From Heptranchias perlo (taxonomy: Eukaryota), in contig NC_090344.1 in NCBI RefSeq assembly GCF_035084215.1, forward strand, positions 49,290,001-49,354,000: 64,000 nt of DNA. Reading direction: 5' to 3'. Positions 11,896-24,596 of the stretch are shown piece by piece. The notes below the pieces were generated by a model. The model did not search any database and had not been told where the DNA came from. It saw only the letters and a program-made list of their open reading frames with translations. Each line of letters opens with the position of its first letter. The first letter of the stretch is position 1. The position numbers were made by a program, and so were the translations under genes.

Positions 11896-12809
11896 AAAAT
11901 GTGCCTCACTCCCTACCCAGTAGAGTACCCCCTTCTACATTGATGTGACAATTTTCCATTTCCCACACCAGCTATTCTGTGCCTTCTCTGAGTCAAATTG
12001 CCAATTTGGTGTCAATTTTGCTGAATTCAGGACAACTTTGTGCTGTGATCCTCATGCACACGAGAAACTGGGTTGAGATTGTCCAAGCCTCATTTAATGT
12101 AGCACATTTACAAGGGAGATTTTCATCCCATTAGTCTGAGCTGGATGTAAATTTAAGTTCCAGGAGTGAAATTATAATGTCCCATCCTTACAAAATCACC
12201 TCTTAATGTAGCTGTTTCCTTGGTGTCACTTACTCTTGTCTGCAGGATACATGCTGCAATATTTGCCTGTTCATATTCCCTGATACATCAAATAAATCTC
12301 CAATCCGCCATTCATACACAATCAGCAAATTGCTGCTAACTGCTGGGGTAAGTTTCCACTATTCTGTTTAAAGATTAAATGTGTCACATTGACAGCACTT
12401 TTTCCTGTGCATTATCTTTGTGAAATTGTGGTATTGTTTCTGAGCAGTGCAGTGAAATATTCTACCCTTGGTTTCTACAGACTCACTCCCAACAATAACT
12501 CAAGGGATCTTGACACTCTCTCTGTTGGGCGGCTTGTAAATGTTATTGCCTCTCCTTGGTGGGTACGTGCAAACTCCTTTAACTTGTCGGGTGCAATCAT
12601 CTGGTGTATTCTGAAGGGAAGCACTCCACTGCTCACATTGAGAGCTGCTTCTGTGCTCGTCAATAACGATGGTGTGGAACTTGGATCTGAATCGAAGAGC
12701 AAAGGAAATCAAGGTGCAAAGGAAAAAGCATGAATTTAATTGCTATTGAGATGCTGCTCCTTAAAGCACTGGGATCAGTGTTGGTGGTACAAAGTCTAAT
12801 GTTAGAAAA

Positions 12810-12972
12810 GAAACAGAAAATTCTTTAAATACACAGCAGATCCATCAGCATCCGCGAGTGAGGGGTTAACGTTTCAGGGTAGAACCTTTATCAGAACTCT
12901 CAAAATATTAGCCTGTTTGCTCCTTCAGATGCTGACGAACCTGTTCTTAATTTCCAGCATTTTTCTGCTCTT
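12810..12972. repeat. Palindromic Penelope-derived repeat (degenerate)
   Basis: aacagaaaat...cagcatc...gttaacgtttcagg / gatgctg...tttccagcatttt inverted arms. Confidence 0.55.
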
Positions 12973-13064
12973 TAACCACTAATACTAGAATTAATTTCCC
13001 ACATGATAAAATGTTAAAACTTTTCTTTGAACACAAATAGGACCCTTGCAAGCCCTGCCGGGCC

Positions 13065-13480
13065 GCCATCGCAAGAATGTCTCGACTTTAAAATTCTCAT
13101 CCTTGTTTTCAAATCCCTCCATGGTCTCGCCCCTCTCTATCTCTGTAAACTCCTCCAGCCCTACAACCCACCGAGATCTCTGCGTTGCTCCAATTCTTGC
13201 CTCTTGCGCATTCCCAATTTTAATTGCTCCACTATTGGCAGTCTTCAGCTGCCTGGACCCTAAGTTCTGGAATTCCCTCCCTAACCCTCTCCGCCTCGCT
13301 ACCTCTCTCTCCTCGTTTAAGACGCTCCTTAAAACCTACCTCTTTGACCAAGCTTTTGGTCACCTGTCCTAATATCTCCTTATGTGGCTCGGTGTCAAAT
13401 TTTGTTTGATAATCACTCCTGTGAAGCGCCTTGGGACGTTTTACTACATTAAAGGCGCTATATAAATCAAGTTGTTGTTT
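13065..13480 (+). mobile_element. L2-like LINE 3' end, followed by (GT)n
   Basis: Translates DFKILILVFKSLHGLAPLYLCKLLQPYNPPRSLR and WNSLP, an L2 ORF2 C-terminus; tail tatataaatcaagttgttg. Confidence 0.85.
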
Positions 13481-16400
13481 GTGTGCGTGTGTGTGTGTGT
13501 GTGTTTGGGTGGGGGGGTAGCTGGACAGCCTGCTGTAGGCCAACACCAGGCTGTGCTTGGATCTGTGACAACATGATTAGGCTCGCTCTGCTATCTGACA
13601 CTCTTGCTGATCACGAGGGAGATGGTACAAACTGGTTAATGCTGGGTCAGAGCACTGTACTTAATATTATGATAAAAAGATGAGTGCACATGTTTTATAG
13701 CCATTTGGAAGGTGAGAATTGTATTTGCTCAATTGACTCCTGTGTACTGCAGCCTCAGTGACAAGTTAAACTGTGTGAAAACAAGCCAGCTCTGGGATCT
13801 CATTGAAAATGGACACCTTTCCTTACCTATAAGCAACCTATAACTATTTCATTGTTTTTTTGCCCATTGTCTCCCCTCCTCTCCTGACGGTGCTGGCATC
13901 CACAGGGGTATGGGGGTCAATGGCCCTCCAGTACCTCACTCAATTAGCCATTCTTCATGTGTGAACCTAAACAATGGCAGCAGGTTATTCAGCCGTGGGC
14001 AGCATCACAGCCAAGCCTGATCCTGTCGTCACCTGGTGACCAAGGGCATCCTTCCCACTCAGTGTCACTGAATAGCAATTAGGAGCAGGAACCCTGCTTA
14101 ATTTTCCCCCTCCCAGTCCAAGGCGCTGAAACATATCAATTGCAGCTTCCCGACTGCTCCCAGCTGAGACGAACTAACTCAGCACAGCATTGGACCTTCT
14201 GAGCTGCGTAGCTCTGTATCACACGAGCTGTTGATCCCTGCTGAAAGTGCTGGGGAGGGTGGTCAATGTGAATCTGAGTGTTCGTCAGTTCTGTTGGGGC
14301 TTTAAGCTGGTGCTGGTCAGCTACCAAAACACCAGACCACATGTTCTCTCACTGAAGCTGGAACCTTCCTGGTCTGGTTGGCTCAGTGCTTTACCAGGTG
14401 ATGAATTTCCCCAAAAGGCCATCGGAGGAGCTGTCTTGCTCATCCGTTCAAATTAAGGAGTGAGAGAGGGGAAACCAATCAGTTTGGTGAGAGCCATTCT
14501 CAGCTTCACCCAGCCTCTTCATGCAAGTTTGTTTCCAGCCTGTGAGAAGTAGATATGTAACCACAGAGCTGACCGACTGCAGGCAGTGTGGGTTAGATTG
14601 GAAATTTGTAATGTGTAACTTCACTGGTTCTTCTTGTGTGTTGTGCAAGTTAGATATTTCAACAGATGCCAGCTTTCTCTCTGGTATAGGCAAGCCTTCC
14701 AAATATTTGAACATGCACAACACTTCCTCACATTGGTTAACCGAGGTTGAATTGAAGATCCCTTAACTGTGGAAAAGGGTACAAGCGAATGTTGAACAGT
14801 TTTTAACTTTGTAATATTCTACCTTATTTGCTTTTAATGTGCTACGGTTCTGTGAATGATTAAAGTCTTGTTATCTCTGTGAGGGGCGGAGCTGAATCTC
14901 GTGTCGTTTTTATGTATGTTTTTCTTCTTTTCTCAGATTTCTCCTCTGCCGAAGGTGCTGACTCCCACTGGGGTAGAGGTTCCATGGGCACCAAGTGCTT
15001 TCTGGTACCTTGCCCAAGTCCTCATTCTTCATGTGTGAACCTAGACGTGAATGTGGGCAGGCTGTTTGACGATGGGAGCATCACAACTAGGCTTGATTTT
15101 AACCTTGCCCGATATCCACACATGTACTTTCCAGCAGGGGTCACTGGATAGTGATCAGGAGAGGGAACCCTTGGTGATTTCCTTTCCCTCCCTAACCCAA
15201 GGACACTGAAACCAGTTGTCATACCCCTCCTCTCCACCCTGGCTAACTCATTATAGTTAGATTACAGGATGAAGAAGTGGTATCATTCTTTTATCTCAAC
15301 AAAGGAACTGAGTGCTGAGGTTATCAATTGCTCTCAGTACTTCCTTTTAATGCAACTGTTTCGAAATCCATTTCTGACCAATGTCTCTGGCCTTTGTGTG
15401 AGATTCATTTCCTTTTTCTTGACCACCTGCCTTTCAATTTTCTTCCTTTTCTCTTGTTGACTGTTACTGTGTTTCAGTACCCTCACCTGTGTAATCGATT
15501 TTCATGTGTGAGCTTCGGTAGTGACTGTCAGGATATTCAACTTTGCAGACATCACTGCCAAATCCTGCTCGAACCTGATGGCAGTAATCACTGGAAAGCT
15601 ACCAGGAAAGTGAGAAGCATGGCTGATTTTTTAGCCTGCTCCGTAGCCCAGGCTCAGTGATGAGAATTATAGCACTTCTACTGCTCGGAAATCTCAGCAC
15701 TGGCCAGAAATCAAATTTGGGCCCTTCGTGCTCTGAATGGCTCAGTAGCAGACAGGGTGATGGATATATACACTGAGTCAGTGGAGGAGCCCTTAATGGG
15801 CTGACCCAAGGCTATCGTGTGACTGATGAGAAGTTGGAGACAATGCCTTATTCTCTCCTCATACCAGCCTTGCACTGAAATTCTTTGCACTAAAAATGAA
15901 TGGAACTGTTTATATTTCATGATTTGGCATTTTCACTTTCCTCCTTCCATCACTCCTACAAGTACCCGGAGCCTTAAGTTCCATTTCTGATGCTTTTTGC
16001 AATACATTGCTCTGGGGGTGCTACAGCCCATACAACTATCATTCATCCCCCTCCCCACCCCACACAGAAATTTAAATTCTATCAACATTAAGAGCCTAGA
16101 TGGCTCAGTGGGTAAATGCACCACCCAGCGTGGTACTGACCTATACAGAGGAGGCAGGCACCAGGGTTTCCACTCCTGATCAATAGGCAGTGATCTTTGC
16201 AGGAAAATGCTCATGTGTGGGCATTGGACTTGGACAGGACTGGGCTCAGCTCTGGTGCACCTCCGTGATGATGGAATTGCTCGCTGAGCTCACTGACCAG
16301 ATTCACATACGAAGAATGGCCGATTGGGATGATGATGGATGCCCATGGATCCATTCCCCAGTGAGAGTCGGTGCCTTCAGGAGAAGAGAGGAGAGGTTGG

Positions 16401-16535
16401 GGGAGGAAAGGAATTTTAACCAGGTAATTTTGCTGCTATAAAAAAAAAGAAATGTTTTGACATTTCTAAACCAGTTACCCTCATGATAGAGGTTATTCTG
16501 CAATGCAACGCTCCCAGTGGGGAGTGGAATCTGCA

Positions 16536-16638
16536 GGGAGCATATCTCGGAAAATCATGGGCACACAGCCCCGTCCATTAATTTCAGTGGACGGAAAATC
16601 GTGGGCTGCACGCCCACAATTTCCTGAGATGTGCTCCC
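16536..16638. mobile_element. Palindromic MITE-like element
   Basis: gggagcatatctcggaaaatcatgggc / gcccacaatttcctgagatgtgctccc arms with internal ccgtccattaatttcagtggacgg hairpin. Confidence 0.55.
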
Positions 16639-17029
16639 AGTGAGTGCTGCTACTGGACTGTGCATTTTGTATACAACCTGGTGTCAAACACACAAAGGTA
16701 CATCTGTCCATTTTTATCCTGTTTTTTTTAAATGAGTTCTACACCATGTGAAGGGCTTGCCAGACTAAAGGCTGTTACTAAGTAGCACAGACCTGATTGC
16801 AGCACACTTAATCTCTTCCTCAGCATGGTGTCAGTGTTTGCCTTGCTCAGTGACTGTTTAAAATGTAAACCACAGCACTTGTTGCAGATCAGTATGGAGT
16901 TTGCATCAGCACAATAACACCTCAAGAATGTGTAATTGCACAGGGCTCATGACCCCTCCACCATCTCACAAATACGTCATCACTAATAGATAAAATCATG
17001 AATCTGGCTTTCTCTTCGTGAATGTGTGT

Positions 17030-17455
17030 AGTGGTTGTGGGTTCAAGTCCCACTCCAGAGACGTCAGTACATTATCTTGGCTGACAATCCAGTGCAGTAC
17101 TGAGGGAGTGCTGCACTGTCGGAGGTGCTGTCTTTTTGATGAGACATTAAACTGAGGCCCCGTCTGCCGTCTCAGGTGGAGGTAAAAGATCCCATAGCAC
17201 TTTTTGAAGACGAGCAGGGGCGTTCTCCCCGGTGTCCTGGCCAATATTTATCCCTCAACCAACATCACTAAAAAAAAATTATCTGGTCATTATCACATTG
17301 CTGTTTGTGGGACCTTGCTGTGTGCAAATTGGCTGCTGCGTTTTCCTACATTACAACAGTGACTACACTTCAAAAGTACTTGATTGGCTGCAAAGCACTT
17401 TGGGATGTCCTGAGGTTGTGAAAGGCGCAATATAAATGCAAGTCTTTCTTTCTTT
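17030..17455 (+). mobile_element. DeuSINE (SacSINE1-like)
   Basis: Near full-length: B-box ggttcaagtccc, Deu core, tail. Confidence 0.88.
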
Positions 17456-18759
17456 AGTGAAGGTACATTGCATTGGGTCCCTCCAATACTGTAAGCAGTC
17501 ACAATTCTTAGTGTGAGTTCCCTTGTCGTCATTATACTCAGGGTGGGGGGGACATATACACAGAATTACATAGAATGTACAGCACAGAAACAGGCCATTC
17601 GGCTCAACTGGTCCATGCCGGTGTTTATACTCCACTCACAAGTCTTCTATATTCAGCGATACTGTCCCATAGGAGATCTGAATCTTCCTCCTGCAACAGG
17701 ATTGCAATCTCTGTGTGTCTGGATAGCAGTAAATCGCATATTTTCTCTTGCTGACTCTGGTTAGAGTGTGAGACAGAAGAGAACGTTATGAAGATGGGAC
17801 AACCCAGCATTCATAGCATTGGTGAAAGCTCTTTCATAAAACTAGTCTTAACAGAAATAAAGAAAACCCAAAGGCTGTTAAAGCTGGTGGCGGGTGCAGA
17901 GAGTGTCTCCTGCCCTTCAGCCTGACAGAGGTGAGATCAAGATTTCAGCATAGTGCAATACTGGATATGTGAAATTTTCACACTGTGTCCACGTGAAAAA
18001 TGCTCTGCAGTACAATTCTAAATCACATGCATCCAAACCTGGCCTGTATCTGGAGAGAGCATTTTGAGCTGGATTACACTGAGGTGATGCATGGGTAGAC
18101 ACAGGACTGTCAGTAGGGTGGAAGCAATTGGAGGTGATGAACAGGCACAACATTTAAGTATGTTGTTTTTTTTCTCTGTAATTTTCTCCTTTCCTTTCTT
18201 GAAGGAGTTGACTCCTCCTTGAGGTATGGTTCAATGGTCACTTTGTTGTTCTCAGTGGCCATTTTTCATCAGTGAGCCTTGACATGCTATTCAACCATTG
18301 GGGACATCACAGCTGAGCCAGATCCCATCCCCATGCATCCAGGTGGGTGTACATCCAGCAGGGACCATTGGATAACGATCATTAGAAGAAGGTCCGACGA
18401 CAATCATCACCGAGATTGGCTAACTGAGCACGGGTCAGGGTTTCCTTCCTTTTGCACGTCCATCAGAGGGAGTCATTAGTTGTAATTAAACCTTGCAGCT
18501 AGTCCAGCCTTTGGTCCATTTGCTGTAGCAACTGCAGTGATTGCGGTTATCTGTTTAATTCTGTTCGATGGACAGCCGATGGTGTGGGACCTCAGAATGG
18601 TGCACCCATCAACTCAGGCTGGTGTTCAGTGACTGCACTTCAAAAGTAATCCATTGGCAATGAAGCACTTTGAGACACCGAGGCCAGAAAGGCGTTATAT
18701 AAATGATAGTTCTTCCATTATGGTCTTATCTACCTGTGCTGCCACCTTTAATGTACCTA

Positions 18760-19175
18760 CACTCTCGCCTCTTAGTCAGAAGATTCTGAGTTCCAGAGAC
18801 TTGAGCACATAATCTAGGCTGGAAACTTCTGTGCAGAACTGAGGGAGTGCTGCACTGTTGGAGGTGCAGTCCTTCAGAAGAGATGTTAAACCGAGGCCAC
18901 ATCTGCCCTCTCAGGTGGACGTAAAAGATCCGAACATACTATTCGAAGGAGAGCAGGGAAGTTCTCCCCGGTGTCCTGGCCAACATTTATCACTCAACCA
19001 ACACCTAAAACAGGTTAACTGGTCATTTACCTCATTGCCATTTGTGGGAGCTTGATGTGAGCAAATTGGCTGCCGTGTTTCCTCCACTTCAAAAGTACTT
19101 CATTGGCTGTAAAGCGCTTTGAGACGTTCTGATGTCATGAAAGGTGCTATAGAAATGCGAGTCTTTCTTTTTTTT
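18760..19175 (+). mobile_element. DeuSINE
   Basis: Same family motifs. Confidence 0.85.
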
Positions 19176-19584
19176 TTACACACAAAGTTCTCGTGCTCCT
19201 CTACTCCATTCATAAATGTAATGCTTTTACTGCTGCCCCAGCTGAGAACAGCTAATTCAGCAGACTGGCTGGTAAATACATATTAACAAAAAATAAATAA
19301 ATGGTTCGAATATATTAAATTGTGAGGCGATATACGGAAACTTTCTTCCTGTAACTTCCATGCTCTGGAGCAGAGATTGGACCAGTTGTACTGAGTGTGC
19401 TTGTGTGAGGCAGCCTCCATTCAATTGGAGTGTGCAGGGAGCACGTGAGCCTGCAGTCTGCTGAAAGGACCAATTCCAAAGTTACCGTGCTGTGATCGGT
19501 TTAACGTCTTTTCTGAAAGGCTGCACCTCTGACAGTGCAGCACTCCCTCAGTTCTGCACAGAAGTTCCCAGCCTAGATTGTGTG

Positions 19585-20260
19585 GTATCAGCCCGTGGCT
19601 CAGTGGGTAGCATTCTCGCCAATGAGTCAGAAGGTCGTGGGTTCAAGCCCTACTCCACAGACTTGAGCACAAAATCTAGGCTGACACTCCAATGCAGTAC
19701 TGACGGAGTGCTGCACTGTCGGAGATATTATAAACTGGATAGGCAAGTGGTGAAGGATAGAATACTACAGCTTGGTCTTCAGTTGCTTCCAAGCCTTTAT
19801 TCACAGAGATCCACATTGCCCACTCCATCCCCTAGATAAGCTCTCCTATAAATGGATACAAGAGAGTCCCCAATTGATACACACCACCTGAGTACAAATA
19901 ACACTAATTGATATAAATCACATGATACAATTAACAGGAGGTGCCGTCTTTCAGATGCGACGTAAAACCAAGGCCCCATCTGCCCTCCAAGGTGGATGTA
20001 AAAGATCCCACAGCACTATTTCGAAGAAGAGCAGGGGATTGTTCCCGGTGTCCTGGCCAATGTTTATCCCTCAACCAACATCACTAAAAAATAGATTATC
20101 TGGTCATTATCACTTTGCTGTTTGTGGGACCTTGCTGTGTGTAAATTGGCTGCCGCGTTTCCTACATTACAACAGTGACTACACTTCAAAAGTACTTTAT
20201 TGGCTGTAACGCACTTTGAGATGTCATGAAAGGTGCTATATAAATGCAAGTCTTTCTTTA
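19585..20260 (+). mobile_element. DeuSINE interrupted by a solo LTR
   Basis: Head ggctcagtgggtagca; body resumes ggaggtgccgtctttc at 19937. Confidence 0.85.
19726..19936 (-). mobile_element. Short solo LTR (211 bp)
   Basis: Ends TATTA (likely mutated TGTTA)...TAACA, flanks GGAGA/GGAGG as 5-bp TSD, AATAAA on minus strand at 19796-19801. Confidence 0.6.
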
Positions 20261-21149
20261 GATAAATATTGTTTAGTTACTGATCTGTGAGGAGAGTGTC
20301 CCAGGCAAACTGTAATGACGATTGGGGAGCTTCACTCTGCTGCCAGGCTTGATGTCTTCAAAAACAGGGGAAATTTGAGCAATAGCATTGTGTACCACCA
20401 GGAGGTCTCAGGCTCAATTCCTAGTCTGCACAAAGTTAGCTGGGCAGCTGTTGAAGTGTTAGAATTGGCATCAGTGCCTTTCCTAGGGAAGGAATAAATA
20501 ATCAGCCAGGGTTCCCCAATCATTATCCTGCTGGAAAGCGCCTGTGTGTGGACATTGGCTGGGGGCAAAATCAGGCTGAGCAACGTGCAACCCACAGTTG
20601 AAAAGCTGCCCATTATCCAAGCTGACATGTAAATAACGGTCACTTCCGTAAGGTATGTCCACACACATGCACTTTTCAGCAGGAGTAACAGGATCGGTGT
20701 CAGGAATGGGAACCCTGGCTAATTTATCTCTAGTCCAGGGTACTGAGGTTATCTGCAGTGTTCCCATTGCTGCCTTGGTTAACATCAGTCAATCACAGCA
20801 CGGACCGGGAATCAATCTGGGACTATCCGGTCTTGATGGATCAGTACCACATTGGGTGGCAGCTTCGCCCACTGAGAGACAAGGAGTGCTGCGAGGTTTT
20901 ACTGTTTATTACTGTAACTCCCTATTTCCTTCTTGCAAGGAAGGAAGGAACTTTTACATTGAACCGTTTTCACATGACTTTAAATACTCTTTGAAAGAAA
21001 ACAATGATTGTAATGAAGCAGGCATTAATATTCAAGTCAAGCACAATTACAGATTTTACGGCACACGAAAGGAATCTGCAGCATCAGCCTATTTTTTTGG
21101 AGCATGGAAATAAATGAAGTTTACTAAAATCTGAACAAAAAAACAGAGC

Positions 21150-22350
21150 CCTGGGAATCCACTTCATCCCTAGTCAACTGGGAATCCACCTCCCCCCTCC
21201 CCAGCTGGGAATACAACTCCCCCCTCCCCAGCAGGGAATCCACCTCCCCCTCCCCAGCAGGGAATACAACTCCCCCCTCCCCAGATGGGAATACACCTCC
21301 CTCCTCCCCAGCTGGGAATACAACTCCCCCCTCCCAGATGGGAATACACCTCCCCCCTCTCCAGCAGGGAATACAACTCCCCCCTCCCCAGCAGGGAATA
21401 CAACTCCCCCCACCCCAGATGGGAATACACCTCCCCCCTCCCCAGCTGGGAATACAACTCCCCCCTCCCCAGCAGGGAATCCACCTCCTCCCTCCCCAGC
21501 GAGGAATCTACCTCCCGCCTCCCCAGCAGGGAATCCACCTTCCCCCTCCCCAGCAGGGAATACAACTCCCCCCTCCCCAGCTGGGAATACAACTCCCCCC
21601 TCCCCAGCTGGGGATACAACTCCCCCCTCCCCAGCAGGGAATACAACTCCCCACTCCCCAGCTGGGGATACAACTCCCCCCTCCCCAGCAGAGAATCAAC
21701 CTCCTCCCCCCTCCCCAGCTGGGAATACACCTCCCCCCTCCCCAGCTGGGAATACAACTCCCCCCTCCCCAACAGAGAATCAACCTCCTCCCCCCTCCCC
21801 AGCTAGGAATCCACCTCCCCCTCCCCAGCTGGGAATACAACTCCCCCTCCCCAGCTAGGAATCCACCTCCCCCCTCCCCAGCTGGGAATACAACTCCCCC
21901 CTCCCCAGCTGGGAATACAACTCCCCCCTCCCCAGCATGGAATCAACCTCCTCCCTCCCCAGCGAGGAATCTACCTCCCCCCTCCCCAGCAGGGAATCCA
22001 CCTCCCCCCTCCCCAGCTGGAATTCACTTCCTCCCTGCCAGCTGGGAATCCACTTCCCCCCTCCCCAGCTGGGAATCCACTTCCCCCCTCCCCAGCTGGG
22101 AATCCACTTCCCCCCTCCCCAGCTCGGAATCCACCCCCCCTCCCCAGCTGGGAATCCACCTCCCCCTCCCCAGCTGGGAATTCCTTCCCCCCCTCCCCAG
22201 CTGGGAATTCCTTCCCCCCACCCCAGATGGGAATCCACCTCCCCCCTCCACAGCTGGGAATCCACCTCCCCCCTCCACAGCTGGGAAGACACTACCCCCC
22301 ACCCACCCCCCCCACCACAAGTTGGGGATCCACCTCCCTCCCCCAGCTGC
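21150..22350. repeat. About 27-bp C-rich minisatellite (ccccagctgggaatacaactcccccct)n
   Basis: Tandem units visible; source of Pro-rich and Gly-rich spurious ORFs. Confidence 0.95.
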
Positions 22351-23935
22351 CTGAGGCCTCAGTGAGTTTATCCATTCAGAAGCTGAGCCATACACACCAG
22401 CAGTGGACAATCAGTCCGGGCTCCTGCTCTTGACCACAATCCTGTGACCTCCCCCCACCCCCTCCCCTCCCCACCTCAGAAGTGCACGTGTGAATGTCAG
22501 GAGAGGACAGACCATAAGACCATAAGAGAGAGGAGCAGGAGCAGGCCATTCGGCCCCTCGAGCCTGCTCCGCCATTTAATGAGATCATGGCTGATCTGAT
22601 TTTTACCTCAACTCCACTTTCCCGCCTTTTCCCCATATCCTTTGATTCCCTCGCTGATCAAAAATTTGTCGAACTCAGCCTTGAATGTATTCAATGACTC
22701 AGCCTCCACAGCTTTTTGGGGTAAAGAATTCCAAAGATTCACGACCCTCTGGGAGAAGAAATTCCTCCTCATTTCCGTCTTAAACGGGCGACCCCTTATT
22801 CTGAGATCATGCCCCCTAGTTTTAGATTCCCCCATGAGGGGTAACATCCTCTCAGCATCTGCCTCTCAGAATCTTGCATGTTTCAATAAGATCTCCTCTC
22901 ATTCTTCTAAACTCCAATGAGTATAGACCCAACCTGTTCAATCTTTCTTCATAAGACAACCCTTCCATATCCGGAATCAACCTTGTGAACCTTCTTTGAA
23001 CTGCCTCCAATGCAAGTACGTCCTTCCTTAAATAAGGGCACCAGAAATGGACGCAGTACTCCAGGTGTGGCCTCACCAGCACCCTGTACAGTTGTAGCAT
23101 GACTTCCCTGCTTTTATACTCCATCCCCCTGGAAATAAAGGCCAATATTCAGTTTGCCTTCCGGATTACCTGCTGCCCCGTATATTGACATTTTGTGTTT
23201 CATGTACGAGGACACCCAGATCCCTCTGTACTGCAGCATTTTGTCGTAATTCTCCATTCAAATAATATTTTGCTTTTTTATTTTTCCTCCCAAAGTGGAT
23301 GACTTCACATTTTCCCACATTATATTCCATCTGCCAAATGTTTGCCCATTCGCTTAACCTGTCACTATCCCTTTGCAGACACTTTGGACTCGATTTTCGC
23401 ACCCCCGGGCGGGTGTGTTCGTGGCGGGGGGGTTGCGAAAATCAGGGATTCCCAGGGCGGGTCTGGAGCCCGGCTCCAACCCGCCCACTTCCGGGTTCCC
23501 CGGTGACGCGCTGACATGCGAGCGCAGCCCCCGCATGTGGGACTCCCGCCGGCAATTAAAGCCGGCGGGGTGTCACTTAAAAGTACTTAAACAGGTACTT
23601 CAGGTCGTTTACAGACCTGATTGACCTGATATTTTAGGAGGGGTGGGATTTTGAAATGAACTGAGACTGTTTCCCGTACTGGGGGAAACACTCCCAGGTC
23701 AAATGGACGTGTTGCAGCCATCAGCCTGTTGCAGATGCAAAGGTCCATTTGACAGGTGGGGGGGGGGGTGCGGGGAGACCCTCACTCATTGCAGGAAACC
23801 ACTCTGTCACTTTGGGCAAAGTTTGGCCTCCACCACCCTCCTCCGAACAATAAAATTCACAAACTCGCACACTTACCCCGATGTTCAGACACATTTACCG
23901 ACCTTGCGGACCCCCTCAAACGTACATCTTCCGGA

Positions 23936-24402
23936 TGGGGGCCGCCGTAGCTGCAGTCATGACCTCCTCGGAGGACGAACAGCATCACCAGCTTCGCCGT
24001 CCACCTCTGACACGTGGAGCTCCACAACACAGTGCTGTGACACATCCACCTGCACAGCAGGAGGGAGGGCAACCGCAGAGAGAGATGCGTTGCAGAAGGC
24101 ACTACCCTCGCCACAGGGTCCACAGACCGAGGCTCAGCTTCCTGGACCTCTCTGAGCAGCAGTGCACATAGAGGCTCGGAGTCACTTGACATGTAGTCGT
24201 GGACATCTGCAGCCTCCTTCATGCCAAGCTGCTCCCAGCTGGCCCGGACACCATCTTCTTACCTGTCGCTGTCAAAGTCACCACTGTCCTCAACAACTTC
24301 TCCTTCGCATCCTTCCAGGGTGCCACCGGGGACATCGCCGACGTCTCTCAGTCGTCTGCACAAAAGAGCCCTGCAAATACACCTACACCCACTCTGCAGT
24401 GA
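23936..24402 (+). pseudogene. Harbinger (HARBI1-like) transposase N-terminus; DDE core deleted
   Basis: RPRLSFLDLSEQQC...DICSLL...LPVAVKVTTVLNNFSFASFQGATGDIADVSQSSA resembles the Harbinger transposase N-terminus; in-frame stops. Confidence 0.8.
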
Positions 24403-24596
24403 CCCAGTGGGTGGCATCAAGTGTGCGTGTTCATGGTGAACCCCATGAAAGGGACCTATCCCACAAGCCAGGCAAGAATGGGCAAGACGTGGCAGTAGTG
24501 ATGATAATAATAGGATTTATTGTGCATGTGGCGGAAAACAAATATAAATAAAAAACATGACAAATTGTCAGACACCCTTGTGCATTCCCTTTGTGC

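Noticed and set aside
17765-17930. Plus-strand exon-like segment ending at AG|GTGAGA
   Set aside because: The long open frame hits TGA just before the donor; no homology recognised
21170-22410. Long Pro-rich and Gly-rich ORFs up to 338 aa
   Set aside because: Artifacts of a 27-bp stop-poor minisatellite
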